Source: Bacillota bacterium
GTDB taxonomy: Bacteria > Bacillota > UBA5301
Direction: 5' to 3'
Length of the DNA: 64,000 nt
Assembly: GCA_012735535.1 (NCBI GenBank)
Contig: JAAYHC010000012.1
Span: forward strand, 12,059-76,058
The position numbers and the translations under genes were made by a program. Shown piece by piece: positions 48,104 through 58,474 of the stretch (the stretch's first letter is position 1; each line of letters opens with the position of its first letter). The notes below the pieces were generated by a model that was given only the letters and a program-made list of their open reading frames with translations, searched no databases and was not told the origin of the DNA.

Positions 48104-49603
48104 ATGTTTTTTCTAGGAATCGATGTTAGTATCTCTCGGGTTGAGGCGGTGGCGCTTGACTCCAAAACCGGGAAGGCGCATACGGCGTCGGAAGAATTTA
48201 CTCCGCTGGCAAATATTTTGCGGAACAAACCGGTTCAGCCGCGAGCGGCTTGGGAAAAGGTCGTTGCGGTCGTTGGCAAGCTCTTAAGAGAACAACGGAT
48301 CAAAGGTGATGATATTGTCGGCATCGCAGTGACTTCGACTGAAGATGCTTGGGTTCCGGTCGGTGAAAATCTGGAGCCGCTACATCCCATCATCAACATC
48401 CAGCTCAGCCCGTTTGACAGCCTGAGCAATCATGATAATGATTTATTCAAAATTAATGGCCGGGGCGAGCGCATTTTATCCGGTGTGAACAATCTGGAGT
48501 GGTTTCGACGCAGTGAGCCCGAAGCATATTCGCGGATGTTTAAATGGTTGGGTCTGGCCGAATATATCGGGGCCAAATTAACCGGCGCGGTGGCTACCGA
48601 TGCCGCTGCCGCTGCCCACTACGGAATGCTTGATATCAAGGAGCGCAAATGGAGCGAGCTGCTGATGGCGCGCTTTGGCGTCAAACAAGAGCACTTGCCG
48701 GAGATCGCTCCGCCAGGTGAGGTCATGGGCAGGCTGACCAGGCGGGCAGCAGCCGAAATCCGTTTAAAGCAGGATACTCCGGTGATCGTCGCCTCCTCCG
48801 GTCCGGCTTGTGCGGCGGTTGCATGTAATCTGGCCCACTGTAGTTGTTTAAACGTTATGGCCGAAAATGAGCTCCTTTTGACCAGGCTCTCAGCGGATCA
48901 GGCCTTTACGGTCAACCCGGCGGACGGCTACTCGTTGGAGCCGCATATTGGCGGATCCGATTATCTGGCCATCGGGATGCTGCCATTTGTAGTGCCGACG
49001 TACTTATGGGTGATTGAGAATTTCTTCCCCAATTTGGCCGGGCGCCCGCTCGGCGAAGCCCTCGCCTCCTTACAGTCCAAAGTGGATCTGATTCCTCCCG
49101 GCTCAGATGGTTTGCTCTTTTTGCCCCACTTAGTCGGTAGCGGTACCCCCAAAGCTGATCCGCATTCTCGCGGGGTAATTGTCGGCTTAAGGCCGGATCA
49201 CACCAGATGGCATATCTACCGTGCGGCGTTAGAAGGGGTAGCCTATGAGCTGCGGGCCAATTTGCAGACCATCGCCAAAGCTACCGGTCGTGAAATCACG
49301 ACTATTTCCGCACAAGGTTGGGGGGCGGAAAATCGGGTTGCCGTTCAAATCAAGAGTGATGCCACCGGGATTCCGTTTGCGGTGAACTCCGTTAATAACG
49401 GTTCGGCCTGTGGTGCAGCTTTGTTGGCAGCCAAGGGTCTGGGCCATGCGGAAGTGGCTGAGCTGTATCGCGTCCAGGCCAGTCGAACCGGCGCCGTCTA
49501 CAGCCCGAACGTTGAGCGTAAAGGCCGGTATAGTATGATGTACACCCGGGTTTATTCGGATTTATACAACTCTTTGGAGGAAGTCTTTCCAAAACTGAGC
49601 TAA
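48104..49603 (+). CDS. FGGY-family carbohydrate kinase
   Basis: FGGY N-terminal motif FLGIDVS and a C-terminal GG...ACGAALLA signature. Confidence 0.7.
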   Translation: MFFLGIDVSISRVEAVALDSKTGKAHTASEEFTPLANILRNKPVQPRAAWEKVVAVVGKLLREQRIKGDDIVGIAVTSTEDAWVPVGENLEPLHPIINIQLSPFDSLSNHDNDLFKINGRGERILSGVNNLEWFRRSEPEAYSRMFKWLGLAEYIGAKLTGAVATDAAAAAHYGMLDIKERKWSELLMARFGVKQEHLPEIAPPGEVMGRLTRRAAAEIRLKQDTPVIVASSGPACAAVACNLAHCSCLNVMAENELLLTRLSADQAFTVNPADGYSLEPHIGGSDYLAIGMLPFVVPTYLWVIENFFPNLAGRPLGEALASLQSKVDLIPPGSDGLLFLPHLVGSGTPKADPHSRGVIVGLRPDHTRWHIYRAALEGVAYELRANLQTIAKATGREITTISAQGWGAENRVAVQIKSDATGIPFAVNSVNNGSACGAALLAAKGLGHAEVAELYRVQASRTGAVYSPNVERKGRYSMMYTRVYSDLYNSLEEVFPKLS

Positions 49604-49664
49604 GTTCAATGACTTCTAAAACCGCCTTCTGCTCCATAAATATGGTAGCAAGGAGGGGGTAGTC

Positions 49665-51020
49665 TTGAGTTTTTATGTTCTTAACCCCGTCCACCCATAT
49701 CTGGGGGCGGCGATAGACCTCCGAGTTTTTCCCTTAGCGGCAGCACATGAAGTCGGCTTTGCGGATATCGCGGAGGCCTATGTTTTTTATGGGGACGGCT
49801 TGTGGCAGCAAGGCCATCGTATGTATAAGAAGGATGGGGTTTTTTGCTACCGAATTCAGCAGTTCACCGGTGCCCGCTTATATCTCCGCTTCTACTTGGT
49901 CAGCTCTACCGGTGAGGGCGCTTTCACCAGAGGGGCGGAGCACGAGGTAACCTATGGCCGGTACGCTCATCTCTTCGATGACCGAAAAGCGCGCCAAGTC
50001 GAGACGGGAACCTATATACCCATTGCTGCTCCGGAGGCGATTCGAGCTTTACCCGAACAAGTCGGTCGGGCTCTCCGGCAGGGCACCGAAAGCCTGTGGC
50101 TGGCTATCTCTGCTGAGGCCGGCTCCGACGCCGGAGCCCTCCAGGCCCTGACCGAGGTGCTGGACTCGGTTCACAGACTGCCCAACACATTTCTCGAATT
50201 ACCTGCCTCCCTACTGGCGCAAATCCCGCAAATGCCGGAGCTTGTCGGCAAGCCGTGGATCAAAGCGATTATGTTAACAGCCTCTAGCCGCGCGGAGGCC
50301 GAGGCCGGAGTTGAATTTGCCGAGACTTTTGAGGGCAAAACAATTTTAGTCGCGATTTCGCCCCGCGATTTTCTGGAGATACCGGGTGAGCGGCATCCGC
50401 GTCTTGTCCCTGTCGGCCGGAGTTTTCAGGGACTGGAGCTGGCGCTGTTGCGCGGGATTACCGGTGCGGCGGAAGAATTAGCGTGGTTGATCTTGCCGGA
50501 ATGTCCCCCGGAGTTAAGCGATTTCTGGCCGGAATATGCAGCAGCTACAGGGGTTGGGCATTGTTTTACCGGTGTTCTTTCCGCACCGACCGAAATACCT
50601 TTTCTTGCCCGACCCTTGGTACCGGATCTCGCCCTGATCAGCCCCAAAGAATACTTGGGCGAGGCAAAGCTGCCGGGCGGTTTTGGTTTGGCTGAGCTTC
50701 TGGCCCAATTAGAGGGTCAGGGCTTGCTCTGTGCGGTAGTACCGGAAGGCCAACCGTGGAAAGCCCGGGCGGCGGTCTGGCTGGCCGATACCATCGCCCC
50801 GGAGCTATTAGCAAGCTTGGCTGCCCAGCGACGACCGGTCATGATCTTGACGGCTGAGGAGCAGAGCGAAGGTGTGAAGAATCCCGCCATGGAGTTTCAC
50901 CCCTGGCCGGCTTCACCGGCGGCTTTTGCCGAGGTATTACTGGAATGGTATTGCCTACACACCGCGGAGCACAGCGGGTGGGTTGTGATTCCGGGCACGG
51001 TCGGAGGAGAAAAAAGGTAA
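49665..51020 (+). CDS. Hypothetical protein (N-terminal beta-sandwich-like region + alpha/beta domain)
   Basis: 451 aa with no recognised catalytic motif. The N-terminal 120 aa are Tyr/Phe/Arg-rich and resemble a carbohydrate-binding module. The rest is Ala/Leu/Pro-rich. Confidence 0.35.
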   Translation: MSFYVLNPVHPYLGAAIDLRVFPLAAAHEVGFADIAEAYVFYGDGLWQQGHRMYKKDGVFCYRIQQFTGARLYLRFYLVSSTGEGAFTRGAEHEVTYGRYAHLFDDRKARQVETGTYIPIAAPEAIRALPEQVGRALRQGTESLWLAISAEAGSDAGALQALTEVLDSVHRLPNTFLELPASLLAQIPQMPELVGKPWIKAIMLTASSRAEAEAGVEFAETFEGKTILVAISPRDFLEIPGERHPRLVPVGRSFQGLELALLRGITGAAEELAWLILPECPPELSDFWPEYAAATGVGHCFTGVLSAPTEIPFLARPLVPDLALISPKEYLGEAKLPGGFGLAELLAQLEGQGLLCAVVPEGQPWKARAAVWLADTIAPELLASLAAQRRPVMILTAEEQSEGVKNPAMEFHPWPASPAAFAEVLLEWYCLHTAEHSGWVVIPGTVGGEKR

Positions 51021-51107
51021 AATCAGGCTGTAACGTGAATTCATTAAATATGTAGTCACGCGAGGTGGCTCATTTTTGTTCACTACGAAGAAACGGGGGG
51101 CATATCG

Positions 51108-52169
51108 ATGTTGTATATCCTCATTCTCGCCGGAGGCCCTGGTACCAGATTATGGCCGCTGTGTCGCACCAATCATCCCAAGCAATTTCTAAAGATACCG
51201 GGGGATAAGAGTCTGCTGGAGCAAGCAGTTGAGCGAGCTAGAGCTTTGGTGCCTGACGAGAATATTTTCATTGCCACTCGTGCGAGCTATCGCGATCAAG
51301 TCTATGCAGAGCTGCCTGATTTTCCTCGGGATCATGTTTTTCTCGAACCGTATCGCCGGGACACCGGTCCGGCCGTTGCGATGGTGGTTCGCTATCTAAT
51401 GGAGATTGATCCTGAGGCCACCTTGGCGGTTTTGACCAGTGATCACCATATTTCCGATGTTGATGCGTTTACCCAGTGCATTAGCATTGGTTCGGGCCTG
51501 GCCGAAGAACATAATCTTCCGGTAACCTTTGGGATTGCTCCTTACCGGCCGGAGACCGCCTTCGGCTATCTGCAGGTCGGAGAAATCCACAAAGAGGGGC
51601 CGCCCAAAGTCTATTCCCTGATGGCGTTTAAGGAAAAACCGGATCTGGCCACGGCCGAGAAGTATCTCGCTGCCGGAAACTACTTTTGGAATAGCGGTAT
51701 GTTCGTCTGGAAGATCTCCAACATCGCCAATCTGTTCCAGAAACACACCCCAGCTATTTGGCGGGGGATGGAAGCGATCCGCAAAGTCGGATTTGATCTG
51801 GAAAAGATGGCCTCTATCTATGCTTCTTTGCCGGCCTTGTCGGTAGATTTTGCGGTCATGGAGCATGTCAAAGAAGGTTTTGTCATCGAAGCGACCTTCG
51901 GTTGGGAAGATATCGGGAGTTGGCGGGCTTTTGCCGATTTGCGCCGGCACGATGACAACTATAACGCTTCCAGCGGGCTCTTGGTCGCTCGCGATACTTC
52001 GGGTTGTCTGTTTGAGGTTGGCAACAAAGTGGTGGCGGCGATCGGGGTCAATGATTTGGTGGTGGTTGATACCCCCGATGCCATTCTGATTTGCCCGAAA
52101 GAACGCGACCAAGAAGTCAAAGAGCTCTTGAAGGATCTTGAAAAAATGGGTAAATCGGAAGTCTTATGA
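51108..52169 (+). CDS. manC: Mannose-1-phosphate guanylyltransferase (GDP-mannose pyrophosphorylase, no isomerase domain)
   Basis: Nucleotidyltransferase motif ILAGGPGTRLWPL...PKQF. 353 aa. Confidence 0.8.
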   Translation: MLYILILAGGPGTRLWPLCRTNHPKQFLKIPGDKSLLEQAVERARALVPDENIFIATRASYRDQVYAELPDFPRDHVFLEPYRRDTGPAVAMVVRYLMEIDPEATLAVLTSDHHISDVDAFTQCISIGSGLAEEHNLPVTFGIAPYRPETAFGYLQVGEIHKEGPPKVYSLMAFKEKPDLATAEKYLAAGNYFWNSGMFVWKISNIANLFQKHTPAIWRGMEAIRKVGFDLEKMASIYASLPALSVDFAVMEHVKEGFVIEATFGWEDIGSWRAFADLRRHDDNYNASSGLLVARDTSGCLFEVGNKVVAAIGVNDLVVVDTPDAILICPKERDQEVKELLKDLEKMGKSEVL

Positions 52170-52239
52170 TTTAATGGCAGGAAGCAGCCAGGGCTGAGTA
52201 AAATACTCCTGTAGCGGTATTTTCAGGGGGTAATATCTT

Positions 52240-53325
52240 ATGTTCTCGCACCTGCCCAAACGTCAGATAGCAGTAATCTTAGTCTTGGCCCTCCTGGTTC
52301 CGGTTGGTCCCCTGCCGAGTAATGTAAGTGTAGTTAAAGCCGAGCAGTTAAGCGCTTCCTCAGACAATGACGGCAATGCCTTACTGGTGACCGGTATCAT
52401 TATCGGCGCGATTATCTGGGCCGCTTCCGCAATCAGTAATCGCAACAAGGCCAAACACTATGAGGCCGGTAAGGCCCTTCTCGAGCAAGGCCATTATGAT
52501 GCGGCCATTGAGGAACTAAAGGCTGCCGGTAAATACAAAAATGCCCGGGAACTGCTCGTTGAGGCCAAAGACCGGGCGTGTGCCTATCATTATGCCGAAG
52601 CCACCCAGGCGCTTGCCGAGCAGAATTACTTCTCGGCGTACCGGCATCTGCAAAAAATTATGGCATTGAACCCGGCTTACCGTGATGTACCTGATTTGTT
52701 CAGCCGCACAAAGACCTGGCTCAAACCGTTTTTAACCGTACGGGTAGCGGTGTTGGATTTTAACAATAACGCCGGCTACTACAATTTAGGGCGCCAAGCT
52801 TCGACGATCTTGGTTAATCACATCGTTAACGCGCAGCTGGAATTCGTTGAAGTTATCGAACGCGTCGAGCTTGAAAAGGTCCTCCGCGAGCAGCAGTTCT
52901 GGGGTAGCGGCTATTATGGCACCAAGAATTTTCAAGAACTCGGCCGGATGCTCGGTGTTAACTATCTAGTGATCGGCGATATTTTAAGCGCTAATTGTAA
53001 CACCAACACCAGTTACACTCAGGTCACCGATGGTGATAAAATCCGGGTGAGGTACCGGCTTGAACGAGAGGCCTGGCTGAATGCAGCCTTTCGGGTGATT
53101 GATGTTAAGACCGGCGCCGTGGTTGTCAGCGAATCGACAGTCGAACGGGCCAGTGATGTTGAGTATTCTTACTGGCGGTGGGTCTTCGGGATGCTGGATT
53201 CCGAGACTAAGCTGATCGACGAGGCTTTGCGGCGAGCGGTCCGGAAGTTTGGCAATAAACTGACTAATTTCCTCGAACAAACGATTTCGGAGGGGCTTGT
53301 GGGCGGCTATCAAGTCGCGGTGTAA
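52240..53325 (+). CDS. Secreted TPR + CsgG/LpoB-like (TolB-N-like) domain protein
   Basis: Signal peptide and TPR-like helical region. The C-terminal block VAVLDFNNNAG...VNAQLEFVEVIERVELEKVLREQ...LGVNYLVIGDIL matches the CsgG-like fold signature. Confidence 0.45.
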   Translation: MFSHLPKRQIAVILVLALLVPVGPLPSNVSVVKAEQLSASSDNDGNALLVTGIIIGAIIWAASAISNRNKAKHYEAGKALLEQGHYDAAIEELKAAGKYKNARELLVEAKDRACAYHYAEATQALAEQNYFSAYRHLQKIMALNPAYRDVPDLFSRTKTWLKPFLTVRVAVLDFNNNAGYYNLGRQASTILVNHIVNAQLEFVEVIERVELEKVLREQQFWGSGYYGTKNFQELGRMLGVNYLVIGDILSANCNTNTSYTQVTDGDKIRVRYRLEREAWLNAAFRVIDVKTGAVVVSESTVERASDVEYSYWRWVFGMLDSETKLIDEALRRAVRKFGNKLTNFLEQTISEGLVGGYQVAV

Positions 53326-53327
53326 AG

Positions 53328-53822
53328 ATGGTTAAGGTTATATTAACTTTGCTTTGGTTAGCTGTGAACCTGCTTTCGACGCTCCAGACTTTTCGGCAAT
53401 CTCAGGTTTACTTAAATAGCGAAGATGCGGTACCAACTATGCGCTTACTTTTTAATCTACGAGGTTTTTTAAGTCAACGACAAGAGAATCTGGTGCAGTT
53501 TCATGAGGATTTGCTTGCTGACCCCGACCGGCAACGCGAGTTCCGCCAAGGGCTGTTGCTCATGGCCGGCTTGCTCCTGATTGAGCTGATTATTTACGTG
53601 ATAATCACGCTGTCTTTTGAGTTTTGGGGAGCCTTGATCTTGGGCGGACTTGTTATCGCGATCCATCTTCAATGGATCTTCCTCTTAGGGGTGTTGGCTC
53701 TTCTCACCAATAACCGCGAGTGGTTTATTCTAACCTACAAAAAAGCCCAATTGATCGTGAAGCCGACTGCCCTTATCGAGCTGGTCTGGTTAGTTTACCT
53801 CGTGCTGTATTGGCTAAGTTGA
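53328..53822 (+). CDS. Small polytopic membrane protein (hypothetical)
   Basis: 164 aa with 4 TM helices. Start is 3 nt after the previous stop. The 3' end overlaps the convergent dnaE2. Confidence 0.4.
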   Translation: MVKVILTLLWLAVNLLSTLQTFRQSQVYLNSEDAVPTMRLLFNLRGFLSQRQENLVQFHEDLLADPDRQREFRQGLLLMAGLLLIELIIYVIITLSFEFWGALILGGLVIAIHLQWIFLLGVLALLTNNREWFILTYKKAQLIVKPTALIELVWLVYLVLYWLS

Positions 53823-56800
53823 TCAGCCCTTCTGGCGGCGCTGCCTGTCGGCCCTTTGTTGTCGAGAGCCGTTCTCGGCAGATCATGGGCTTCCTCCACC
53901 AATAGTGAGCCGGCTTTGCCTCGTCTTTGTACCCGGCCGGTAAAGCCTAAAAGCTCCCGCGTAAAGATCAAGTGGCCATAACTTTGGTAGGTTTTTTCAA
54001 AGACGGTAGCATCAACTAGCCCAAACTCATCCTCTAAGGTGAGAAAGACCACCGTCCGGCCGCTCTTGGTCGGCGGGCGGTGCGGCCTGACCACTTTGCC
54101 GGCGATCCGCACCCGCGTATCGGTCGGCAGCTCTTTAATATCCTGACTGGTCGCATAGGCGTTGTTACGCAGATATTCCCGATAAAACTCGAGTAAATGG
54201 TGGTCGGCGCTGAAGCCTAAAACGCTGCGCTCCTGAGTGAACTTTTCCCACTGCGTAAAGTCGCTGATTGTCTCGGGTGCCTTTAATGCGGCGGCCGGCA
54301 TCGCTAAGGGTAAGGCCGGTGCTGCGTTTGTGGTGCAGGTGGTGGTTCGGCCCGCTGTTAGCGCTTGATTAAGCAGCCAGAGGGCTTGTTTGCGGTTGGG
54401 ATGCAGACGGTCGAAGGCCCCGGCCAGCACAAGATGTTCGGTGATCGCTTTGTTGGCGGCCGGGACGCGCAGGACAAAGTCAAAGAGGCTCGTAAAGGGG
54501 GCCTTGGCCCGGGCGGTCAAAATCGCCTCGATGGTATCGTCGGTGATCCCTTTGAGCTGTTTAAAGCCAACTCTGATCCCGGCCGGGGTAACGGTAAATT
54601 CACGCCGGCTCTCGTTGATTTCGAGCGGTAAGATGCTGATCCCACGCCGCCGCGCCTCGACGCACAGTGTCTCCGGGGCGTAAAATCCCATCGGCTGGTT
54701 ATTGAGCAGGGCGCAAAAATATTCGGCGGGATAGTGCTTAAGCAAATAGGCCGTCTTGTACGCCGTATCGGCAAAGGCGGCGGCATGTGCTTCGCAAAAA
54801 CCATAGCCGGCATAACCGATGATATAGCTGAAGATGGTTTCGGCGACTTCCGGCGAAACACCCCGTGCCGTTGCTTTTTGGCAAAAAAGTGCGCCTAAAT
54901 TTTGCATCTGGGCGCGGGAACGGGCATGGGTCATCACCCGGCGCAGCTGATCGGCTTCGCCCGGAGTGAAACCGCCAATAACGGTGGCAATTTCAATGAC
55001 CTGCTCTTGAAAGAGGACCACTCCGTAGGTTTTTTTGAGGATCCGCTCCAAATCAGGGTGTAGATAGCTTATCGGTTCGCTCCCCTGCCGCCGAGCGATA
55101 TAGGGTTCGACCATATTTCCCTCGATCGGCCCTGGGCGGATCAAAGCCACGCTAGCCACTAAATCTTCCATCCGCTCAGCGCCTAATCTGCTTTGCAAAT
55201 TGCGCTGGGCCGGGCTTTCTAATTGAAATACTCCTACGGTTTCGCCGGTATTAAGCATCTCATAAGTTGCCCGGTCGTTTTGGGGAATTGTCTCCGGCGC
55301 ACAAGTCGGAGCTACATCACGCAGTACGGACAGGGTTTTCAGCGAGAGCAAGTCAAATTTGATTAATCCTAGCTCCTCGATGTCATGCTTGTCAAATTGG
55401 GTGATCAGCCTGGACTGATGACCATATTGTAGCGGTGTCAAATCGGTGAGCGGCAGCGCCGAGATGACGACTCCGCCGAGATGGGTGCCGATAAAGCGCG
55501 GTTGCCCGATTACTTGAGCGACGAATTTGAGCAGCTGCTCATAGCGGTGGAAAGGCAGCCCGCTGTTGCGCAGCTCCGGATATTGTTGAATCGCTGCGAC
55601 AGGATCGTCAATCCTAAACCAGGGGAAACGCTTGGCCAAGCGATCGAGTTCGGCCAAGGAAAAACCCATGGCTTTCCCCAAGTCCCGAATTGCCGAGCGG
55701 GTACCAAAGGTGTTAAAGGTGCAGACGGTGGCAACGCGCTCGCGCCCGTACTTACGGTAAATGTATTCGATGACCTTTTCTCTGCCCTCGGCCTCGAAAT
55801 CAATATCGATGTCCGGTTTTTCACCACGCTCCAGGCTGAGAAAGCGTTCAAAGAGAAGTCCACGCTCGATCGCATCGACATTGGTGATATAGAGGCAGTA
55901 AGCTACGGCCGAATCAGCAGCCGAACCCCTACCGGCGTAGCGGATCTTGTGGGCGCGGGCAAACCGAACCACATCCCACACGGCGAGGAAATAGTCGGCA
56001 AAGCCGAGCTGGTTGATAATCGCAAGCTCTTGCTCAAGCCGGGCGGTAATTTCCGGAGTTAGTCGGCCGTACCTTTCTTTGGCTCCCATAAAGGTGAGCC
56101 GGCGTAGAAACTCCGGAGCGCTTTCGGCTTGGGGAGTATCAAAAGCAGGGAAGATATTGCGCGGAAAGTCGATCCCGCTACTACAAGCCTCGGCGATCAG
56201 CGCGGTATTGGCGAGGGCGCGGGGGTATTCGCGAAACAGCCGGCTCATCTCCTCAGGGGTCTTGAGGTAGTTTTCGGCATTGAGACGGCGTTCCGGATGC
56301 AGCTCGGGTAGTGTGGTTAGCGTCCGCACACAAGTCAGCAGATCGTGGAGGGGAAAGTCGGCTTTGCGCGGATAATGGACGTTGCAAGTCGCGACTACTC
56401 CCACTTTGAGCATGGCGGCCAAATCGGCCAGGTATTTATTGAGGCGGGCTTCCCGGGGCAGCAGATTGCCTTGGAGTTCTAAAAACAAATTCTCCCGGCC
56501 AAAGATGGCTAAGTACTCTTCGGCCGCCTGCCGAGCCTCTTGAAACTTGTTTTGCAGAATCAACGCCGGGATCTTGCCTTTGCGACAACCCGACAGAGCG
56601 ATGAGGTTGCGGTTAAAAGTGCGGAGGCTTTCGAGGCTTAAGGCAAATTCGCGGCCATTAGCGGAGCGCAGCCACCCTTCGGTTAACAGGCGGCAGAGGT
56701 TGGCATAGCCAAGCCGGTCTTTGGCCAACAGAACCAGATGGTAGCCTTCCTCTAAGGTTACTTCGGCGCCGATGATCGGTTTGATCCCGGCCTCTTTAAG

Positions 56801-56956
56801 CTGACGTTGAAAGCGCAGCGCCCCGGAGACGGTGTTATGATCGGTCAGGGCGATCGCCCCAATACCGGTTTCGGCCGCGATCCGGGCTGTTTCCGCAAAA
56901 TCTCCTGTTCCATCAAGGAAAGAGAAGGGGCTATGAAAATGTAAATGGGCAAACAT
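53795..56956 (-). CDS. dnaE2: Error-prone DNA polymerase DnaE2 (ImuC)
   Basis: N-terminal PHP domain MFAHLHFHSPFSFLDG and a Pol III alpha core. About 1050 aa with no tau-binding extension, which is typical of DnaE2. Confidence 0.85.
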   Translation of the reverse strand: MFAHLHFHSPFSFLDGTGDFAETARIAAETGIGAIALTDHNTVSGALRFQRQLKEAGIKPIIGAEVTLEEGYHLVLLAKDRLGYANLCRLLTEGWLRSANGREFALSLESLRTFNRNLIALSGCRKGKIPALILQNKFQEARQAAEEYLAIFGRENLFLELQGNLLPREARLNKYLADLAAMLKVGVVATCNVHYPRKADFPLHDLLTCVRTLTTLPELHPERRLNAENYLKTPEEMSRLFREYPRALANTALIAEACSSGIDFPRNIFPAFDTPQAESAPEFLRRLTFMGAKERYGRLTPEITARLEQELAIINQLGFADYFLAVWDVVRFARAHKIRYAGRGSAADSAVAYCLYITNVDAIERGLLFERFLSLERGEKPDIDIDFEAEGREKVIEYIYRKYGRERVATVCTFNTFGTRSAIRDLGKAMGFSLAELDRLAKRFPWFRIDDPVAAIQQYPELRNSGLPFHRYEQLLKFVAQVIGQPRFIGTHLGGVVISALPLTDLTPLQYGHQSRLITQFDKHDIEELGLIKFDLLSLKTLSVLRDVAPTCAPETIPQNDRATYEMLNTGETVGVFQLESPAQRNLQSRLGAERMEDLVASVALIRPGPIEGNMVEPYIARRQGSEPISYLHPDLERILKKTYGVVLFQEQVIEIATVIGGFTPGEADQLRRVMTHARSRAQMQNLGALFCQKATARGVSPEVAETIFSYIIGYAGYGFCEAHAAAFADTAYKTAYLLKHYPAEYFCALLNNQPMGFYAPETLCVEARRRGISILPLEINESRREFTVTPAGIRVGFKQLKGITDDTIEAILTARAKAPFTSLFDFVLRVPAANKAITEHLVLAGAFDRLHPNRKQALWLLNQALTAGRTTTCTTNAAPALPLAMPAAALKAPETISDFTQWEKFTQERSVLGFSADHHLLEFYREYLRNNAYATSQDIKELPTDTRVRIAGKVVRPHRPPTKSGRTVVFLTLEDEFGLVDATVFEKTYQSYGHLIFTRELLGFTGRVQRRGKAGSLLVEEAHDLPRTALDNKGPTGSAARRADQLSQYSTR

Positions 56957-56968
56957 CTCGGATTGCTC

Positions 56969-57223
56969 CTAATCAAAAACTCGGGTCAGATACCAGCTGC
57001 CGGTTGCCAGTACTTGATAAAGCTCATATGATTTCTGGGTGGTGGTGACTACCAGGTAGACCTGGCGTTCGGACTCACCATCCCACCACGCTCCCACCTC
57101 ACGCCAATAATCAAGGATCTCGGCGATGTTTTCGCTCCGGCGCCCGTCGGGCCAGATTAATTTGCGCGGTAGCCCCTGCCGGGTACAAGCGACTTGCAGC
57201 GGATAGTCGGTGCGTTTGGGCAT
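56969..57223 (-). CDS. Small protein encoded between imuB and dnaE2 (unknown; possible ImuB C-terminal module or ImuA-like accessory)
   Basis: 84-aa ORF with 13-16 nt intergenic gaps on both sides. Trp/Tyr-rich (WREVGAWWDGESERQVYLVV). Confidence 0.4.
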   Translation of the reverse strand: MPKRTDYPLQVACTRQGLPRKLIWPDGRRSENIAEILDYWREVGAWWDGESERQVYLVVTTTQKSYELYQVLATGSWYLTRVFD

Positions 57224-57238
57224 TGGCCGGCTCCTAGT

Positions 57239-58429
57239 CTAGTGATAATATCGGCTCAGGATGAGCTCGCGCCGGGGCGGTGTATAGGCCTTGGCCAGGT
57301 CGATACTGTCCAAACCGAAGCGGTCCTTGATACTTAGAAGCAGCTCATCCATGGTTTGCTCTTTTTCGACCTTTGCCAATTCGGCAAAGAAACCAAGTTG
57401 TTCGCCGATGGCCAGTTGGAGCTCGCCGGCGCATAAACTCACCTCATAAATCGGCGAGGTGATAAGGCAAGCGTTGAGTAAATCGATTGCTTTGTAGGCC
57501 AAGGCGGAGGAATTAGCGGTCGGGTTGCGCAGCCACCTTTCCTGTTCGATTTCGCCGTCCTCAGTGGCTAAAAGCAGGGTCAGACAGCGGGCTTGCCTGA
57601 CCGATCTGTCCAAAGCGGCGGCGACCTTGGCCGCCAACTGCTTGAGCACGGAAATTAGCGGCTCCTTGTCGGTACAACCCTCCAAGAAGTTGTGCCGATA
57701 AACAATTTGGGGGGGCGGATAGAGCGCCCGCACCGGTTCGGGATCTACTCCTCGGCACAGGTCGGCGAGGCGTTGTGCATCGGCGCCGAACTCTTTAAAT
57801 AGTTTGTCTAGCGGAACTTCGGCGACCTCACCGATGGTATATAGGCCCAGAGAGGTCAGTTTACGCGTGATCTTGGCGTCAAGCGGCCAGAGAGTGGAAA
57901 CGGGCAGACCGGCTAAAAAAGAGCGCTCACTACCAGGGTAGATTGCCTTAATAAAAGAGGAGAACCGGTAGCGCTGCCGGTATGAATTAGCCTCGGCGGC
58001 GGCAATCTTGGCCAGAAATTTGTTTTGGGCGCGTCCGATATTAGAAATTAGGCCGAGCGTATCCCAGATGGTAGCGGCCAATTTGGCCGCAAGGGCCGAG
58101 GCATTGCCGCAGCCGGTGAGATCCACAAATGCTCCGTCAAAACTGTCCGGCTCCACCAGGGGGCTAAACCGGCTCAAGATCTCCCAGAAGACGGTAGCGC
58201 CTTTACGCGAATACTCCGGGTTATAAGGTCTACTCTCGAGGCCGAGGTAATGCCTGGCGGCATTAGCCCGTGAGCCGGGTAATATCCCTACCATTAGCGC
58301 TTCCGGCGAGGCGGCTTTGACAAACCCATGCTCCTCGAGGATCAAGGGTTTGCCCGCTAGATCCGGCTCAGCTTGGATTTGCATTTTTAGGTGGAAAGTG
58401 GGAAGATGAATATAGATAATCTCGCGCAT
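57239..58429 (-). CDS. imuB: ImuB-like Y-family polymerase homologue (catalytically inactive)
   Basis: Has the Y-family fold, but the N-terminus IYIHLPTFHL replaces the canonical DMDAFF catalytic acidic residues. GGAGGT RBS 7 nt before the ATG. Confidence 0.7.
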   Translation of the reverse strand: MREIIYIHLPTFHLKMQIQAEPDLAGKPLILEEHGFVKAASPEALMVGILPGSRANAARHYLGLESRPYNPEYSRKGATVFWEILSRFSPLVEPDSFDGAFVDLTGCGNASALAAKLAATIWDTLGLISNIGRAQNKFLAKIAAAEANSYRQRYRFSSFIKAIYPGSERSFLAGLPVSTLWPLDAKITRKLTSLGLYTIGEVAEVPLDKLFKEFGADAQRLADLCRGVDPEPVRALYPPPQIVYRHNFLEGCTDKEPLISVLKQLAAKVAAALDRSVRQARCLTLLLATEDGEIEQERWLRNPTANSSALAYKAIDLLNACLITSPIYEVSLCAGELQLAIGEQLGFFAELAKVEKEQTMDELLLSIKDRFGLDSIDLAKAYTPPRRELILSRYYH

Positions 58430-58445
58430 ATAAGGACCTCCGATG

Positions 58446-58474
58446 AGAACGGTTGTTCTGAGAACATATGTTCT
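58446..58474. promoter_or_regulatory. Two tandem LexA (Cheo-type) SOS boxes
   Basis: AGAACGGTTGTTCT and the perfect palindrome AGAACATATGTTCT, each of the form GAAC-N4-GTTC, 17-45 nt upstream of the imuB start. Confidence 0.6.
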
